A stretch of DNA of 24,000 nucleotides, from the NCBI RefSeq assembly GCF_003675855.1, contig NZ_RCIH01000002.1:233654-257653 (forward strand). The letters run 5' to 3'. The notes below the pieces were generated by a model that was not told the origin of the DNA, ran no database searches, and worked only from the letters and a program-made list of their open reading frames with translations. Both the position numbers and the translations under genes were made by a program. Shown in pieces: positions 6,880 to 14,736 of the stretch; positions within the stretch are counted from its first letter, which is position 1, and each line of letters starts with the position of its first letter. The DNA comes from Halostella salina. GTDB taxonomy: Archaea; Halobacteriota; Halobacteria; Halobacteriales; Natronoarchaeaceae.

Positions 6880-8403
6880 ATGTCGGACGAGGACACGGGA
6901 CCCGAGCAAGCGGAGGGCGTGGAGGTAGACTCATCGCGGGACTTCGACGTGGAGCTGGACGACGTCGTCCTCGAGGACGAGGAGGAGGCGAATCAGGGCC
7001 TGTTCGATGACCTGCTGAGCGGCGAACCGATCTTCGAGAACAAGGAGGTGCTGCGCCCGTCGTACACGCCACACGAGCTCCCGCACCGCAAGGAGCAGAT
7101 CAACAAGATGGCGACGATCCTCGTCGCCGCGCTACGGGGCGAGACGCCGTCGAACATCCTCATCTACGGGAAGACGGGGACCGGCAAGACGGCGAGTGCG
7201 AAGTTCGTCAGCCAGGAACTGGAGAGCACGTCCCAGAAGTACCAGGTGCCCTGCGAGGTCGAGTACATCAACTGCGAGGTGACGGACACGCAGTACCGCG
7301 TGCTCGCACAGCTGGCGAACAAGTTCATCGAGGAGAACGAGCGGCTCATCGACGAGTGGCTCGACGACCTCCGGGACCTTCGGGAGGCGGCGTCCGACGA
7401 CGCGGCCGAAGCTCCGACCGTGCTGGCCGAGGCCGAGCCGATCGCGGGCACCGAGTTCGACTCCGTCGAGGCGATCGACGAGCGCATCGCCGAACTGGAG
7501 GCCGACCGCGAGGAGTTCGAGACCGTCCCGATGACGGGGTGGCCGACGGACCGCGTGTACAGCGTGTTCTTCGAGGCGGTCGACTATCACGAGCGCGTGG
7601 TCGTCATCATGCTGGACGAGATCGACAAGCTCGTCGAGAAGTCCGGCGACGACACGCTGTACAACCTCTCCCGGATGAACTCGGAACTGGACAACTCGCG
7701 CGTGTCGATCATGGGGATCTCGAACGACCTGAAGTTCACCGATTTCCTCGACCCCCGCGTCAAGTCCAGCCTCGGCGAGGAGGAGATCGTCTTCCCCCCG
7801 TACGACGCCAACCAGCTCCGGGACATCCTCCAGCACCGCTCGGACGTGGCGTTCAAGGCCGACGCGCTGACCGGCGACGTGATCCCGCTGTGTGCGGCCT
7901 TCGCCGCGCAGGAGCACGGCGACGCCCGCCGCGCGCTCGACCTGCTCCGGACCGCCGGCGAACTCGCGGAGCGCGACCAGTCGGAGGTCGTCGACGAGGA
8001 CCACGTCCGGAAGGCACAGGACAAGATCGAACTCGACCGCGTCGTCGAGGTCGTTCGCACCCTCCCGACGCAGTCGAAGATCGTCCTCTTCTCGATCATC
8101 CTGCTGGAGAAAAACGGCGTCCACAACATCAACACCGGCGAGGTGTACAACATCTACAAGCGCCTCTGCGAGGAGATAGACGCCGACGTGCTCACCCAGC
8201 GCCGGGTGACCGACCTCATCAGCGAACTCGACATGCTGGGCATCGTCAACGCCGTCGTCGTCTCGAAGGGCCGCTACGGCCGGACGAAGGAGATCAGCCT
8301 CTCGGTCCCCATCGACGAGACCGAGGCCGTCCTCCTCAGCGACTCCCGGCTGGGCGACATCGAGGACGTCCAGCCGTTCGTCCAGGCGCGGTTCGACAAC
8401 TGA
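6880..8403 (+). CDS. orc1: Orc1/Cdc6 replication initiator
   Basis: AAA+ Walker A 'GKTGTGKT', Walker B 'IMLDEID', and a C-terminal winged-helix region. It has an acidic N-terminus and an acidic insertion of about 70 aa. Its position next to the ORB cluster fits the call. Confidence 0.95.
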   Translation: MSDEDTGPEQAEGVEVDSSRDFDVELDDVVLEDEEEANQGLFDDLLSGEPIFENKEVLRPSYTPHELPHRKEQINKMATILVAALRGETPSNILIYGKTGTGKTASAKFVSQELESTSQKYQVPCEVEYINCEVTDTQYRVLAQLANKFIEENERLIDEWLDDLRDLREAASDDAAEAPTVLAEAEPIAGTEFDSVEAIDERIAELEADREEFETVPMTGWPTDRVYSVFFEAVDYHERVVVIMLDEIDKLVEKSGDDTLYNLSRMNSELDNSRVSIMGISNDLKFTDFLDPRVKSSLGEEEIVFPPYDANQLRDILQHRSDVAFKADALTGDVIPLCAAFAAQEHGDARRALDLLRTAGELAERDQSEVVDEDHVRKAQDKIELDRVVEVVRTLPTQSKIVLFSIILLEKNGVHNINTGEVYNIYKRLCEEIDADVLTQRRVTDLISELDMLGIVNAVVVSKGRYGRTKEISLSVPIDETEAVLLSDSRLGDIEDVQPFVQARFDN

Positions 8404-8469
8404 CCCGGCCACGTCAACCCATCACCCGGGAACCGGACCCGCTGCCGGCTCCGTGAAACGGTTTCCCAC

Positions 8470-8490
8470 GACCCCTTCGTTTCTCGTGGA
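8470..8490 (-). promoter_or_regulatory. ORB downstream of orc1 (rc TCCACGAGAAACGAAGGGGTC)
   Basis: Exact GAAACGAAGGGGT core on the minus strand, in the 128-nt gap between convergent orc1 and the signal peptidase gene. Confidence 0.8.
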
Positions 8491-8531
8491 GATCGGGGCT
8501 AACCACCGCCAAGAACCACCGTACCGGCCGG

Positions 8532-9488
8532 TCACAGCTTTGCGAACTGGAGTCGAACCCACCCGAGCAACGGGATCCGAACTTCGGCGCGCCCCTTGAT
8601 CCACTCGGACTTGACGACGGTGCTCCGGCCGGCGACCTGGTCGTAGTACGGCGTGTCGTCCCCCTTCGTGATGAACCCGTCGTGGGGGGCCGGACAGTTC
8701 CGGACCTCCTCGCAGGTGTCGCCCCGGAGGTGGTCCTCGTCGGCTCTGGCGACCCACTCCTCGTCCTCCTCGACGTAGATATGCGCCCGATGTATGATCG
8801 GCACCCCGTTGTCCCCGTTCGGCTGGAACACGATCACGTCGCCGTAGCTGCCGAACGACCGGACGCCGTTCTCCTGGCCCTGCTCGAAGGTCACGACTCC
8901 GGCGACGGCGTCCTCCCCGGCGAACCGGTTCTCGTCGACGATGAACACGAGGTCGTTTTTCTCCATGTGGGGCTCCATGCTCCCGCTCTCGACGGCGACC
9001 AGCGGCGGCCAGATGCCGCTGACCGCAAAGAGGAACAGGCCGACCAGCGCGACCAGCGCGACCGTGCTCAGCAGGTCACGGACCGCGGCCACGCCCTCGC
9101 TGTCGGCGGTGAGAAACCAGGCCACCGGCTCCTCGCGCACGCTGGGACCGCCGTCCGCCGACCCGTCCTTGGCCGTCGGACCGACGTCGTCGGGTGACTC
9201 GGACGGGCCGACCGTAACCGATGGCTCGGCGGCCGAGTCGGACCTCCCGCCCGTACTCGATCCCGGATCCACGTTCGGCGACGCGGCGGTAGCGCTGTCG
9301 TCGCGGTCGGCGTCCACGTCGCTCTTGGGACCGGCGTCGGACCCGTCTTCCGGCGCGGCGTTCGTCCGGCCGTCGGGAGCGTCGTCCGCGTCCGTTCCCC
9401 GAGGACCGTCCGCGCCCCCTTCCGGGGGTTCGTCGGCCTCGTCCGGGGGGTCGCGCTCGCGGTCGTCGCCGGTACCGGCGTCGGTCAT
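8532..9488 (-). CDS. sec11: signal peptidase I, archaeal Sec11/S26B type, with a long acidic N-terminal extension
   Basis: A membrane anchor (LLSTVALVALVGLFLFAV) is followed by the catalytic-Ser box 'VESGSMEP' and the His box 'IIHRAH'. The first 130 aa or so are D/E/P/G-rich low complexity. I prefer ATG at 9488 over the GTG at 9494. Confidence 0.85.
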   Translation of the reverse strand: MTDAGTGDDRERDPPDEADEPPEGGADGPRGTDADDAPDGRTNAAPEDGSDAGPKSDVDADRDDSATAASPNVDPGSSTGGRSDSAAEPSVTVGPSESPDDVGPTAKDGSADGGPSVREEPVAWFLTADSEGVAAVRDLLSTVALVALVGLFLFAVSGIWPPLVAVESGSMEPHMEKNDLVFIVDENRFAGEDAVAGVVTFEQGQENGVRSFGSYGDVIVFQPNGDNGVPIIHRAHIYVEEDEEWVARADEDHLRGDTCEEVRNCPAPHDGFITKGDDTPYYDQVAGRSTVVKSEWIKGRAEVRIPLLGWVRLQFAKL

Positions 9489-9626
9489 CGTCACCGCCTA
9501 CTGGCCTCCGCAAAATCAACCTTCTGTTCGTGGGAGCCCGTTGAACGACCCCTGCCGCCGAGTCGCCGCGCGTCGTCGCCCGACGTTCCGCTACGCTTTT
9601 GCACGCCGCCGACTTTTGTCGGCGGT

Positions 9627-11336
9627 GTGCCACTGGAGGCCCCCGCCCGGATCGTCAGCGAACTCACGAGCCGGGGGTACAACGCCGACCGCGAGGCGGT
9701 GACGCTCATCGCTTCCGCGGATGATCCGGCCCGCGCGCTGGAGCGCGTCGTCGAGGCCGCACCGGAGGGTGCGCTCCGACTCTCGGTCGACCACGTCCGC
9801 GCGGTGCTTGACGCCGACGACGCGGCCGGCGACCCCGCGACGATGAGCGAGTCCGCCTCCACCCGAGCGGGTGCGGTCGATGCACCGGCCGACGCCGGTA
9901 GCGACGCTGCCGATGCTGCCACCGCTACCGACGCTGGGGGCGACGCGCCTGACCACGCGGCCACCCCGGATGCCGCGACCACGGCGGACACAGGTGGAGC
10001 GCGTTCGGCCACCGCGGACAGCCAAGACCCCTCTACTTCGACTGCAGACCCGGACGCTTCGACCGATCGATCGTCGAAAAACTCTCCATCTGAAACAACG
10101 GTATCGGCCGACCGGAGCACCGACCAGTCGCTCCGCTCGGTCGACATCGCGAACGACATCACCGGTCGGAGCACGGGGACGGGCGCGTACGAGGACTTCG
10201 TCGCCGTGTTCCGGGACCGCTACGAGCGCCTGGGCGACAAACTCAGATCCAGGGTAAACCACCGCCCGGCGGAGGCGATCCAGTCGATGCCCGGCGGGAG
10301 CGAGGCGTCGATGGTCGGGATGGTCAGCGACATCCGGTCGACGGCCAGCGGCCACTGGCTCGTCGAACTGGAGGACCCGACGGGGACGTTCCCCTGCCTC
10401 GTAATGAAGGACCGCGACATCGCGGCGCTGGTCGAGGAGCTGCTCCACGACGAGATCATCGCCGTCGAGGGATCGCTGGCGGACGACGGCGGGATCCTCT
10501 TCGTCGATGCGATGCACTTCCCGGACGTGCCGCGGACGTACTCGCCGAACACGGCCGACCGCCACGTCCAGGCCGCGCTCATCAGCGACATCCACGTCGG
10601 CAGTCAGGAGTTCATGGCCGACGCGTGGTCGCGCTTCGCCGACTGGCTCCACACGCCCGAGGCCGAGGCCATCGAGTACCTGCTCATCGCGGGGGACATG
10701 GTCGAGGGCGTCGGCGTCTACCCGGACCAGGACGAGGAACTCGACATCGTCGACATCTACGACCAGTACCGGCAGTTCTCGGAACACCTGAAGGAGGTGC
10801 CCGGCGACATCGAGATCGTGATGATCCCCGGGAACCACGACGCCGTCCGCCTCGCCGAACCCCAGCCGGCGTTCGACGAGGAACTGCGGAACATCATGTC
10901 GGCGCACGACGCCCGGATCACGGGCAACCCCTCGACCGTCACGCTGGAGGGCGTCTCGATCCTCATGTACCACGGCGTCTCGCTGGACGAGGTGATCGCC
11001 GAACTTCCGGAGGAGAAGGCCAGCTACGACGACCCCCAGAAAGCGATGCACCACCTCCTGAAGAAGCGCCACGTCGCCCCGCAGTACGGCGGCCACCTCC
11101 GCCTCGCGCCCGAGGAGAAGGATTACCTCACCATCGACGAGGTGCCGGACATCTTCCACACCGGCCACGTCCACAAACTCGGCGTCGGCAAGTACCACAA
11201 CGTCCTCTCGATCAATTCGGGCTGCTGGCAGGAACAGACCGCCTTCCAGCAGTCGGTCAACATCGACCCCGACGCCGGGTTCGCGCCGGTCGTCGACCTC
11301 GACACGCTGGAGCCGACGATCCGTAAGTTCCACTAA
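9627..11336 (+). CDS. polD1: DNA polymerase II (PolD) small subunit DP1
   Basis: Calcineurin-type phosphoesterase motifs 'ISDIHVGS', 'AGDMVEG', 'PGNHD' and 'TGHVH'. The N-terminal 'MPLEAPARIVSELTSRGYNADREAV' looks like the haloarchaeal DP1 N-terminal domain. GTG start. A D/A/T-rich low-complexity insert spans roughly aa 70-170. Confidence 0.93.
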   Translation: MPLEAPARIVSELTSRGYNADREAVTLIASADDPARALERVVEAAPEGALRLSVDHVRAVLDADDAAGDPATMSESASTRAGAVDAPADAGSDAADAATATDAGGDAPDHAATPDAATTADTGGARSATADSQDPSTSTADPDASTDRSSKNSPSETTVSADRSTDQSLRSVDIANDITGRSTGTGAYEDFVAVFRDRYERLGDKLRSRVNHRPAEAIQSMPGGSEASMVGMVSDIRSTASGHWLVELEDPTGTFPCLVMKDRDIAALVEELLHDEIIAVEGSLADDGGILFVDAMHFPDVPRTYSPNTADRHVQAALISDIHVGSQEFMADAWSRFADWLHTPEAEAIEYLLIAGDMVEGVGVYPDQDEELDIVDIYDQYRQFSEHLKEVPGDIEIVMIPGNHDAVRLAEPQPAFDEELRNIMSAHDARITGNPSTVTLEGVSILMYHGVSLDEVIAELPEEKASYDDPQKAMHHLLKKRHVAPQYGGHLRLAPEEKDYLTIDEVPDIFHTGHVHKLGVGKYHNVLSINSGCWQEQTAFQQSVNIDPDAGFAPVVDLDTLEPTIRKFH

Positions 11337-11552
11337 GAAAGCCCTTGCTCGGCCTTGGCAGGCCTCGCTGCGCCCTTTCAATGTCCGCCGCCAGAATCGC
11401 TGCGCGATTCTCGCTAAGGCCCGCCAGTTTGCGCGAGCGCCAGCGGTCGCTGGCGCACGCTTCGAGTGCCTGCCCTTCCCCGTCCGCTGGCGGCGCTCGA
11501 CGCGGTCTCGCGCACGCCAGCGCGGCCGGAAGGCTGTGTCGATGCTGTCACG
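11337..11552 (+). repeat. copy A of a roughly 215-nt structured intergenic element
   Basis: nt 11337-11440 are identical to 14522-14625 (104/104). Similarity continues to about 11552/14736. Contains hairpins at 11393-11411, 11437-11456 and 11485-11522. Confidence 0.85.
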
Positions 11553-11578
11553 ACCACGCCTGGAGGGTCAACCCCGAG

Positions 11579-12004
11579 CTACGGCTCCATCCGGTACTTC
11601 ACGGTCGGCGTGCCGTCGAACCGCGGTCCGGGACCGGCCTCGGCGAAGCCGACGCTCTCGGCCGCGTCGGCGACGTGGGGAACGGAGTCCGGCGCGATCA
11701 GTTCGACCGGCATCCCCTCGCGCTCGGCGAAGCGGACCGGTTCGCCGAGCAACTGCTCGCAGGCGTCCGCGGTCCCATCGACCTGCGTCACGTGGACGCA
11801 GTTCTCGCGCGCATCGAAGCTGACGAAGCCCAGCAGGCCCGGGTCCTGCTCCTCGGCGTCCGCGTTCGGGTCCGTCTCTTCCTCCTCGGACTCGGCGACG
11901 CGGACCGTCCGGTCGTGGACTAGGTTGCGCATCACGTCCGTCGGGGCGTCGGCGATCGCGGCCATGTCGCCGGCGTCCGCCTCAACGGCGTCCCGTATCC
12001 TCAT
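11579..12004 (-). CDS. GNAT family N-acetyltransferase
   Basis: About 141 aa and acidic, with a C-terminal 'AESVGFAEAG' matching the acetyl-CoA-binding end of GNATs. ATG at 12002-12004 lies about 29 nt downstream of the TATA-like 'atttat' (minus strand, 12031-12036). The GTG at 12022 is the less likely start. Confidence 0.75.
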   Translation of the reverse strand: MRIRDAVEADAGDMAAIADAPTDVMRNLVHDRTVRVAESEEEETDPNADAEEQDPGLLGFVSFDARENCVHVTQVDGTADACEQLLGEPVRFAEREGMPVELIAPDSVPHVADAAESVGFAEAGPGPRFDGTPTVKYRMEP

Positions 12005-12100
12005 CGTGTCCACGGTAGTCACCCACGCACATAAATCCGCGGCGTGCGTGGGATGATCACAAGCGTCACACTTTCAATCTCGGGGGCGCTACGTCGACCC

Positions 12101-13237
12101 ATGACCGACGGTCCGGAGGGACACCAGCGCTGTGACTTCTGCCGGTTGCCCCACGCCGTCGACCCGGTCGAACTCGAACATCAGGGGACCACCTACGAGT
12201 TCTGTTCGTCCGCCTGCCGGCGGGCGATGCAGGAGTCGGACCGGGTGTTCACCGAGTACCACGGACATCGCCGGTTCGTGCCCGGCGTCGCCGCGCTCGA
12301 CGACTCCCTCCCCGAGGGGTTGCCGCGCAACTCCTTCGTCCTGCTCGCGGGGCAGGCCGGAACCCGAACCGAGGCACTCCACGCCGAACTCGTCTGGCGG
12401 GCGCTCAGACGGGGCGAACCGGCGGTCGTCGTCACCTTTCAGGAGCCCCCGACGTCCGTCGTCGAGACGTTCCTCACGATGGAGTGGAACGTCCTTCCCT
12501 ACCTCGAATCCGGCCAGCTCCGGATCCTCGACTGCTTTACCTACCGCGTCAGCGACCGCGACCGGATGCACGACCGGATGAGCGCGTGGAACCGCCATCT
12601 CCACCGTCTCACCGAGCCGGCGACCGAAACCGTCCGCGACCCCAGCGACATGAGCGAACTGGCGAACAAGCTGGACAACTGCCTCGAAGCCGAGTCGATG
12701 GTCGACACCGGCGTCGTGCTGATCGACTCGCTGACGGAACTCGGGACGCTCGTCCAGCCGGTGCAGGCGTACGACTTCGTCAAGGACGTGCGCGCCGACG
12801 TCTGCAAGGGCCGGTTCGTCCCCGTGTTCGCCGGGGCGACGTTCAGCGGCGAGAACGGCTCGTTCCCGCACGACCTGGACTACCTCGTCGACGGGATCGT
12901 CGACCTCGAACTCAACGGCGGGATCGTCGAGGACACGCTCCTCCGCCGGGTCCGCATCCGGAAGATGTCCGGCGTGCTCACCATCTCCGAGTGGACCGCG
13001 TTCGAGTACACGAGCGACACCGGACTCGTCCCGTTCGACCCCGACGAGGAGATGGCGGGGTCGGACCCCGCCGCTCCCGACGACCACCCCGACGACAGCC
13101 CGCCACCTGACGAGGAGTCACCGACCGAGTCCGGACCGACTCAAGAGACAGACAGAGCGGAGACGTCGACGCCCGACCCCACCGACGCCGACGCGCCGAA
13201 GGCCGACGCGGACGCCGCCCCGTCCGGCGACGGGTAG
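12101..13237 (+). CDS. TRASH zinc-finger fused to a KaiC/RecA-like domain lacking the P-loop lysine
   Basis: C-x2-C-x20-C-x3-C (CDFC...CSSAC) is a TRASH/YHS-type finger. 'LLAGQAGTRTE' sits where GPPGTGKT is expected. Walker-B-like 'VVLIDSLTEL', a KaiC-like 'RRVRIRKMSG', and an acidic P/D/E/T tail are present. ATG at 12101 lies about 27 nt after 'ctttcaatc' (12070-12078). Confidence 0.85.
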   Translation: MTDGPEGHQRCDFCRLPHAVDPVELEHQGTTYEFCSSACRRAMQESDRVFTEYHGHRRFVPGVAALDDSLPEGLPRNSFVLLAGQAGTRTEALHAELVWRALRRGEPAVVVTFQEPPTSVVETFLTMEWNVLPYLESGQLRILDCFTYRVSDRDRMHDRMSAWNRHLHRLTEPATETVRDPSDMSELANKLDNCLEAESMVDTGVVLIDSLTELGTLVQPVQAYDFVKDVRADVCKGRFVPVFAGATFSGENGSFPHDLDYLVDGIVDLELNGGIVEDTLLRRVRIRKMSGVLTISEWTAFEYTSDTGLVPFDPDEEMAGSDPAAPDDHPDDSPPPDEESPTESGPTQETDRAETSTPDPTDADAPKADADAAPSGDG

Positions 13238-13341
13238 TCCCGGATCTTCCCTCCAAAATTTCCGGAGATGGACACAGTTATGAGCGCGGTACGGCTACGA
13301 CATCCCATGACCGTCGTTGCCACGCGCCCGCGGGTGGTCGG

Positions 13342-14520
13342 ATGCGAGTAGTCGCCAAGTTCGGGGGGACCAGCCTTGGGAGCGGCGAGCGCGTCGACCG
13401 CGCCGCCGACTCCATCGCCACCGCCGTCGAGGAGGGCCACGAGATCGCCGTCGTCGCCAGCGCCATGGGGTCGACGACGGACGAACTGCTCGACGAGATC
13501 ACCTTCGAGACGGAGGACGAGGACCGCGCCCAGATCGTCAGCATGGGCGAGCGCACCAGCGTCCGCATGCTCAAGGCCGCCCTCGCAGCCCGCGGGATCG
13601 ATGCGATCTTCCTCGAACCGGGCAGCGAACAGTGGCCGGTCATCACCGACGCCGCCGGCGAGGTCGACGTCGAAGAGACCAAGCGCCGCGCCGGCGAACT
13701 CGCGGCCCAGCTCGACGGCGTCGTCCCCGTGATCACCGGCTTCCTCGCCGAGGACGGCGACGGCAACGTCACCACGCTCGGCCGCGGTGGAAGCGACACC
13801 ACTGCCGTCATGCTCGGCCGCTACATGGACGCCGACGAGGTCGTCATCGTCACCGACGTCGAGGGCGTCATGACCGGCGACCCCCGCGTCGTCGAGGGCG
13901 CGCGCAACGTCGGCGAGATCACCGTCGACGAACTGCGCAACCTCTCGTTCCGTGGCGCGGAAGTGGTCGCGCCCAGCGCCCTCTCGTACAAGGCCGGCAA
14001 CATGAGCGTCCGCGTCGTCCACTACCAGCACGGCGACCTGCTCACCGGCGGCACCCGGATCGAGGGCGAGTTCCGGAGCCTCGTCGACATGCGCGAGGGA
14101 TCGCTGGCCTGCATCACCGTCGCGGGCCGCGCCATCCGCAACAGCCCCGGCATCCTGCGTGACCTGACGACCGCGCTCGGCGACGCCGAGGTCAACGTCG
14201 ACGCTATCGCCAGCGGGATGGACTCCGTGACGTTCTACGTCGACGAGTCCGAGTCCGAGGCCGCCGAAACGGTGCTCCACCGCGAGGTCGTCGACCAGGA
14301 ACCGCTCTCCAGCGTCACCGTCGAGGAGGGGCTGGCCGTCATCCGCGTCACCGGCGGCGAACTGCCGAACCGGCCCGGCGTGATGCAGGAGATCGTCCAG
14401 CCGATGGCCGCGGCCGGCATCAACATCCACGACCTCATCACCAGCGCCACCTCCGTCGCCGCCTTCGTCGACTGGGACGACCGCGAGCAGGCGCTGGAGA
14501 TCATGCAGAACCGCTTCTAG
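13342..14520 (+). CDS. lysC: aspartate kinase
   Basis: N-terminal 'KFGGTSLG', amino-acid-kinase fold motifs, and C-terminal tandem ACT-like regions. 392 aa. Confidence 0.92.
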   Translation: MRVVAKFGGTSLGSGERVDRAADSIATAVEEGHEIAVVASAMGSTTDELLDEITFETEDEDRAQIVSMGERTSVRMLKAALAARGIDAIFLEPGSEQWPVITDAAGEVDVEETKRRAGELAAQLDGVVPVITGFLAEDGDGNVTTLGRGGSDTTAVMLGRYMDADEVVIVTDVEGVMTGDPRVVEGARNVGEITVDELRNLSFRGAEVVAPSALSYKAGNMSVRVVHYQHGDLLTGGTRIEGEFRSLVDMREGSLACITVAGRAIRNSPGILRDLTTALGDAEVNVDAIASGMDSVTFYVDESESEAAETVLHREVVDQEPLSSVTVEEGLAVIRVTGGELPNRPGVMQEIVQPMAAAGINIHDLITSATSVAAFVDWDDREQALEIMQNRF

Positions 14521-14521
14521 G

Positions 14522-14736
14522 GAAAGCCCTTGCTCGGCCTTGGCAGGCCTCGCTGCGCCCTTTCAATGTCCGCCGCCAGAATCGCTGCGCGATTCTCGCT
14601 AAGGCCCGCCAGTTTGCGCGAGCGCTGACGGTCGTCAGCGCACGCTTCGAGTGCCTGCCCTCCCCCGTCCGCTGGCGGGGCTCACTACCGTTCGCCCACG
14701 CCAGCGTGGCCGGTGGGGGACATCAAACCTGTCACG
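14522..14736 (+). repeat. copy B of the roughly 215-nt structured intergenic element
   Basis: See copy A. Hairpins are at 14578-14596, 14622-14641 and 14670-14706, and the last two carry compensatory substitutions relative to copy A. Confidence 0.85.

Noticed and set aside
5557-6909. ORFs of 66-274 aa predicted inside the oapA-orc1 intergenic region, including 6085-6909(-), 6189-6896(-), 6200-6694(-), 6523-6867(+) and 5943-6143(-).
   Set aside because: They run across ORB repeats and the AT-rich element and overlap each other in several frames. Their composition is Arg/Ser/Pro-rich and not protein-like. The region is better explained as the replication origin.
9591-11381. Very long antisense or alternative-frame ORFs opposite real genes. 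Examples are 9591-11381(-), 7132-8412(-), 15648-17054(-), 22094-23746(-), 13141-14430(-), 1997-3157(-) and 17654-18898(+).
   Set aside because: They mirror well-supported genes on the other strand or frame, and their products are Arg/Pro/Gly/Ala-rich with no motifs. High GC content suppresses stop codons in all frames, so these are the expected artefact.
11345-12056. ORFs initiating inside the twin repeat, at 11345-11923, 11466-12056 and 14651-15061 (N-termini MPALPRPLA...).
   Set aside because: The sequence differences between the two copies are stem-compensatory rather than synonymous. The downstream parts are antisense to GNAT or merely run into the csp frame. No peptide of consistent length is conserved between the copies.
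11337-14736. Whether the two repeat copies could be a CRISPR array or a classical MITE or IS remnant.
   Set aside because: There are only two copies, each about 215 nt and 3.2 kb apart with genes between them, which excludes a CRISPR array. I found no terminal inverted repeats, no target-site duplication and no transposase. The MITE idea is therefore unsupported, though not fully excluded without a genome-wide search.
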